Assembly (NCBI GenBank): GCA_030141605.1
Contig: JAQGDQ010000522.1
Coordinates: 1 to 64,000, forward strand
Source: Tubiluchus corallicola
Lineage: Eukaryota > Animalia > Priapulida
Length of the DNA: 64,000 nt
Reading direction: 5' to 3'
Positions 1-64,000 of the stretch are shown one piece after another; within the stretch, counting starts at the first letter, position 1, and every line of letters starts with the position of its first letter. The position numbers and the translations under genes are program-made. A model generated the notes under the pieces. That model was given only the letters and a program-made list of their open reading frames with translations. It was not told the origin of the DNA and did not search any database.

Positions 1-214
1 TGAAAGAGCTATTATCGCCAACTGTAAATAACAACCTACACCTACATAACAGAGACTATTATTACCCCACTTTTACCCTAAATACCACGCATCAGGCAGG
101 GCAAAAGCAGGTACCATTTTTAAAGGTCTTTGGTATGACACGGCCGCTGGTTCGAACTCACGACCTCCCAGACGGAAAGCAGACGCATTACCACTAGACT
201 AAACCGTCTGGTCT
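1..214 (-). mobile_element. tRNA-derived SINE (central GTCATACCAAAGAC...AAAAATGGTACC block resembles, from memory, the MetaSINE domain)
   Basis: Pol III A box TAGTCTAGTGG and B box GTTCGAACC. Near-identical 5' fragment at 37986-38029 (+); degenerate related head at about 32945-33035 (-). Confidence 0.75.
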
Positions 215-721
215 AAAATACAGTTTTAACGCAAAAGGAGTGCAGCAATGTAAGTTAAATTTTGAACAGGACATAGGAAATTCACAACAGCAGGGATAGA
301 GCAGATGGCATATAGTATACAGCAAAGTCCTCACTTAATGATACCCCACTAAGCGAAGTTTCATTTTAACAATACTAGTTTTTTCGGGCCCCTTTTTGAG
401 CTAGCGTCACATGTTTCATTTTAGCGATAACTTCCTATCCTCACTTTAAGCACTATATCTTGTTTACTGCACTTGCACTTTATAAATGAAGCCTACTGTT
501 TAACCCAGATCACTGTATGGTTATTATGCTGGTAATAATTTGCCGGAATAAAATTATAACAGGCAGTCAGATCACAATGATTCGTTGCTTTTCCACCTTT
601 AGACAAAATTCTTTAGTTGACAAAACGTTCTCATGTTACACAGTTAATTACTGCATTCACCTCATTTGCATATTAGCAACAATAAAAATGACCCTAATAA
701 TGAACACATCTATAAATACAG

Positions 722-1380
722 GTATGATTGCATAGCAAAATCGTTCATACGTCGGCAATTAAGCATTTATAGTATTCACATATCCTGAATCTCCATTTCA
801 TGAGGATCATTTTGATACCAAGCTCATAATTCTATGTTATCTCTAAGCTGAGATAATCCACGTTGAAGTTGAGGTGCAGGCTGCGCACTGAAAAACTTAA
901 CCTTGAGAAAATCACTGTTAAAGTCAGCCATTGTTTTTGTCGTGTCTCTACAAAACACTTATTAACCGTACAAATGTTGGTTGCTACGGACTTTGCAAGA
1001 ACACATTGAAGTTATGTTTAAATCCAGTAGATGGCTCTTCCAAGATTTGGGTTTGGCAACAGAAGAAACTCCGAAGCAAAATGGCTGCTTCCAGGAGCAA
1101 CAATCAGCGTTTAAAAATACGAGTTTTTTTTACAATTGCAGTACTAGTTTCTAGTCAGAGAAGTGAATGCAGTGTCATAAAATGACATTTTTAGTATTTT
1201 TTAAACATTTTCTTGATAATTTGTTGCTAGAATAAAAAAGTCCAATATATTTAGCACCTGTTTTGCCAAAAAACCAAAAATTGACATTTGACGAAATTTT
1301 TGGTACATTCTACTTTGAAGCATCATAATGTAGTTTTAACTATGTCGACTTACTGACGATTTTGGTTTGCAAGCACACAT
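722..1380 (+). mobile_element. MITE family A (about 650 bp), copy 1
   Basis: Imperfect TIRs atgtgtgcttgcatagcaaaatcgtcc / ggacggttttggtttgcaagcacacat; four full copies in the window. Confidence 0.85.
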
Positions 1381-1452
1381 ATATGCATGAAGATCATTTT
1401 CAACTAAATTAACATACATTAAAAAGCGACCAAATAAGGAAAGCATTTTCAC

Positions 1453-63424
<61,972 letters not shown>

Positions 63425-63614
63425 CTAATGATGTAGAAGAACGTAATTAGCGATATATAATGATGATGCGTAAAGGTAACAAGTGACGATCTATTAATGA
63501 CGAATAGAAATGTTCGAATTTATTACGTCAGCCTAGACTTCATGATCTGTTGACAAATCTACAAACATTCTACATTTTCAGATACAGAAAACTAGGTGTA
63601 CAATTGTATCTTAA

Positions 63615-64000
63615 CAGTGGCGGCTCGTGTATAGGTACTGTAGAACCTGCAGCACCCCCTATTTTCACTCCATATTATCGATAATATTCAATAGAATAAG
63701 TCTTTTTCTTTATTTCTTTCTTTATACTTCTATGGAACCAGAGCAGTAATGGTAGTACTGTTTGCTTCACAGCCCAGCACAGTGTGCTCCAGCAACGTGG
63801 TGTTTGGCTGTTGTGCACATGCGACCATGCACACATGTCTGAGCCCAAGTAGAGAAAGTACTGTCGCTCACACAGTTTGTTGTCAGTTGTCACGTGCTTA
63901 CCGTGGACGGATCAAGCTTGAACTGCCACAATTTAGGATATTCGTAAGCAAACAATATCTTTTTGTTTAGGATTTTATCAAGTTTATGTATAAACTCTCA
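63615..64000 (+). mobile_element. hAT-like MITE family H, copy 2 (runs off the window)
   Basis: Similar to 18873 onward. Confidence 0.8.

Noticed and set aside
140-214. tRNA gene
   Set aside because: A/B boxes run into a SINE body and partial copies recur; no convincing cloverleaf. The tRNA-like head at about 4875-4945 is treated the same way.

Overview
Eukaryotic (animal, probably bilaterian invertebrate) AT-rich genomic DNA. The whole window is the internal part of one minus-strand, intron-rich gene for a giant titin/connectin-like muscle protein; neither its start nor its main end is in the window. I traced by hand 30 GT-AG exons (63424 down to 1453, 4872 nt, 1624 codons, all splice phases compatible). 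They encode 13 complete I-set Ig domains plus the start of a 14th, separated by acidic PEVK-like and poly-Lys linkers. The main point of interest is a set of apparent alternative terminal exons, each entered in phase 1 right after an Ig domain: a 9.0-kb, about 3000-codon Ig-free exon built from unfamiliar repeats (architecturally like vertebrate titin Novex-3), a short exon ending in a transmembrane-like tail, and two short stop-containing exons. There are also candidate 12-63 nt microexons. Introns hold many MITEs (Tc1/mariner-, hAT- and TTAA-type), SINE/LINE fragments, minisatellites and palindromes, and several MITE pairs sit in inverted orientation around frame-preserving exon blocks. All splicing is inferred from sequence alone, with no transcript data or database searches.
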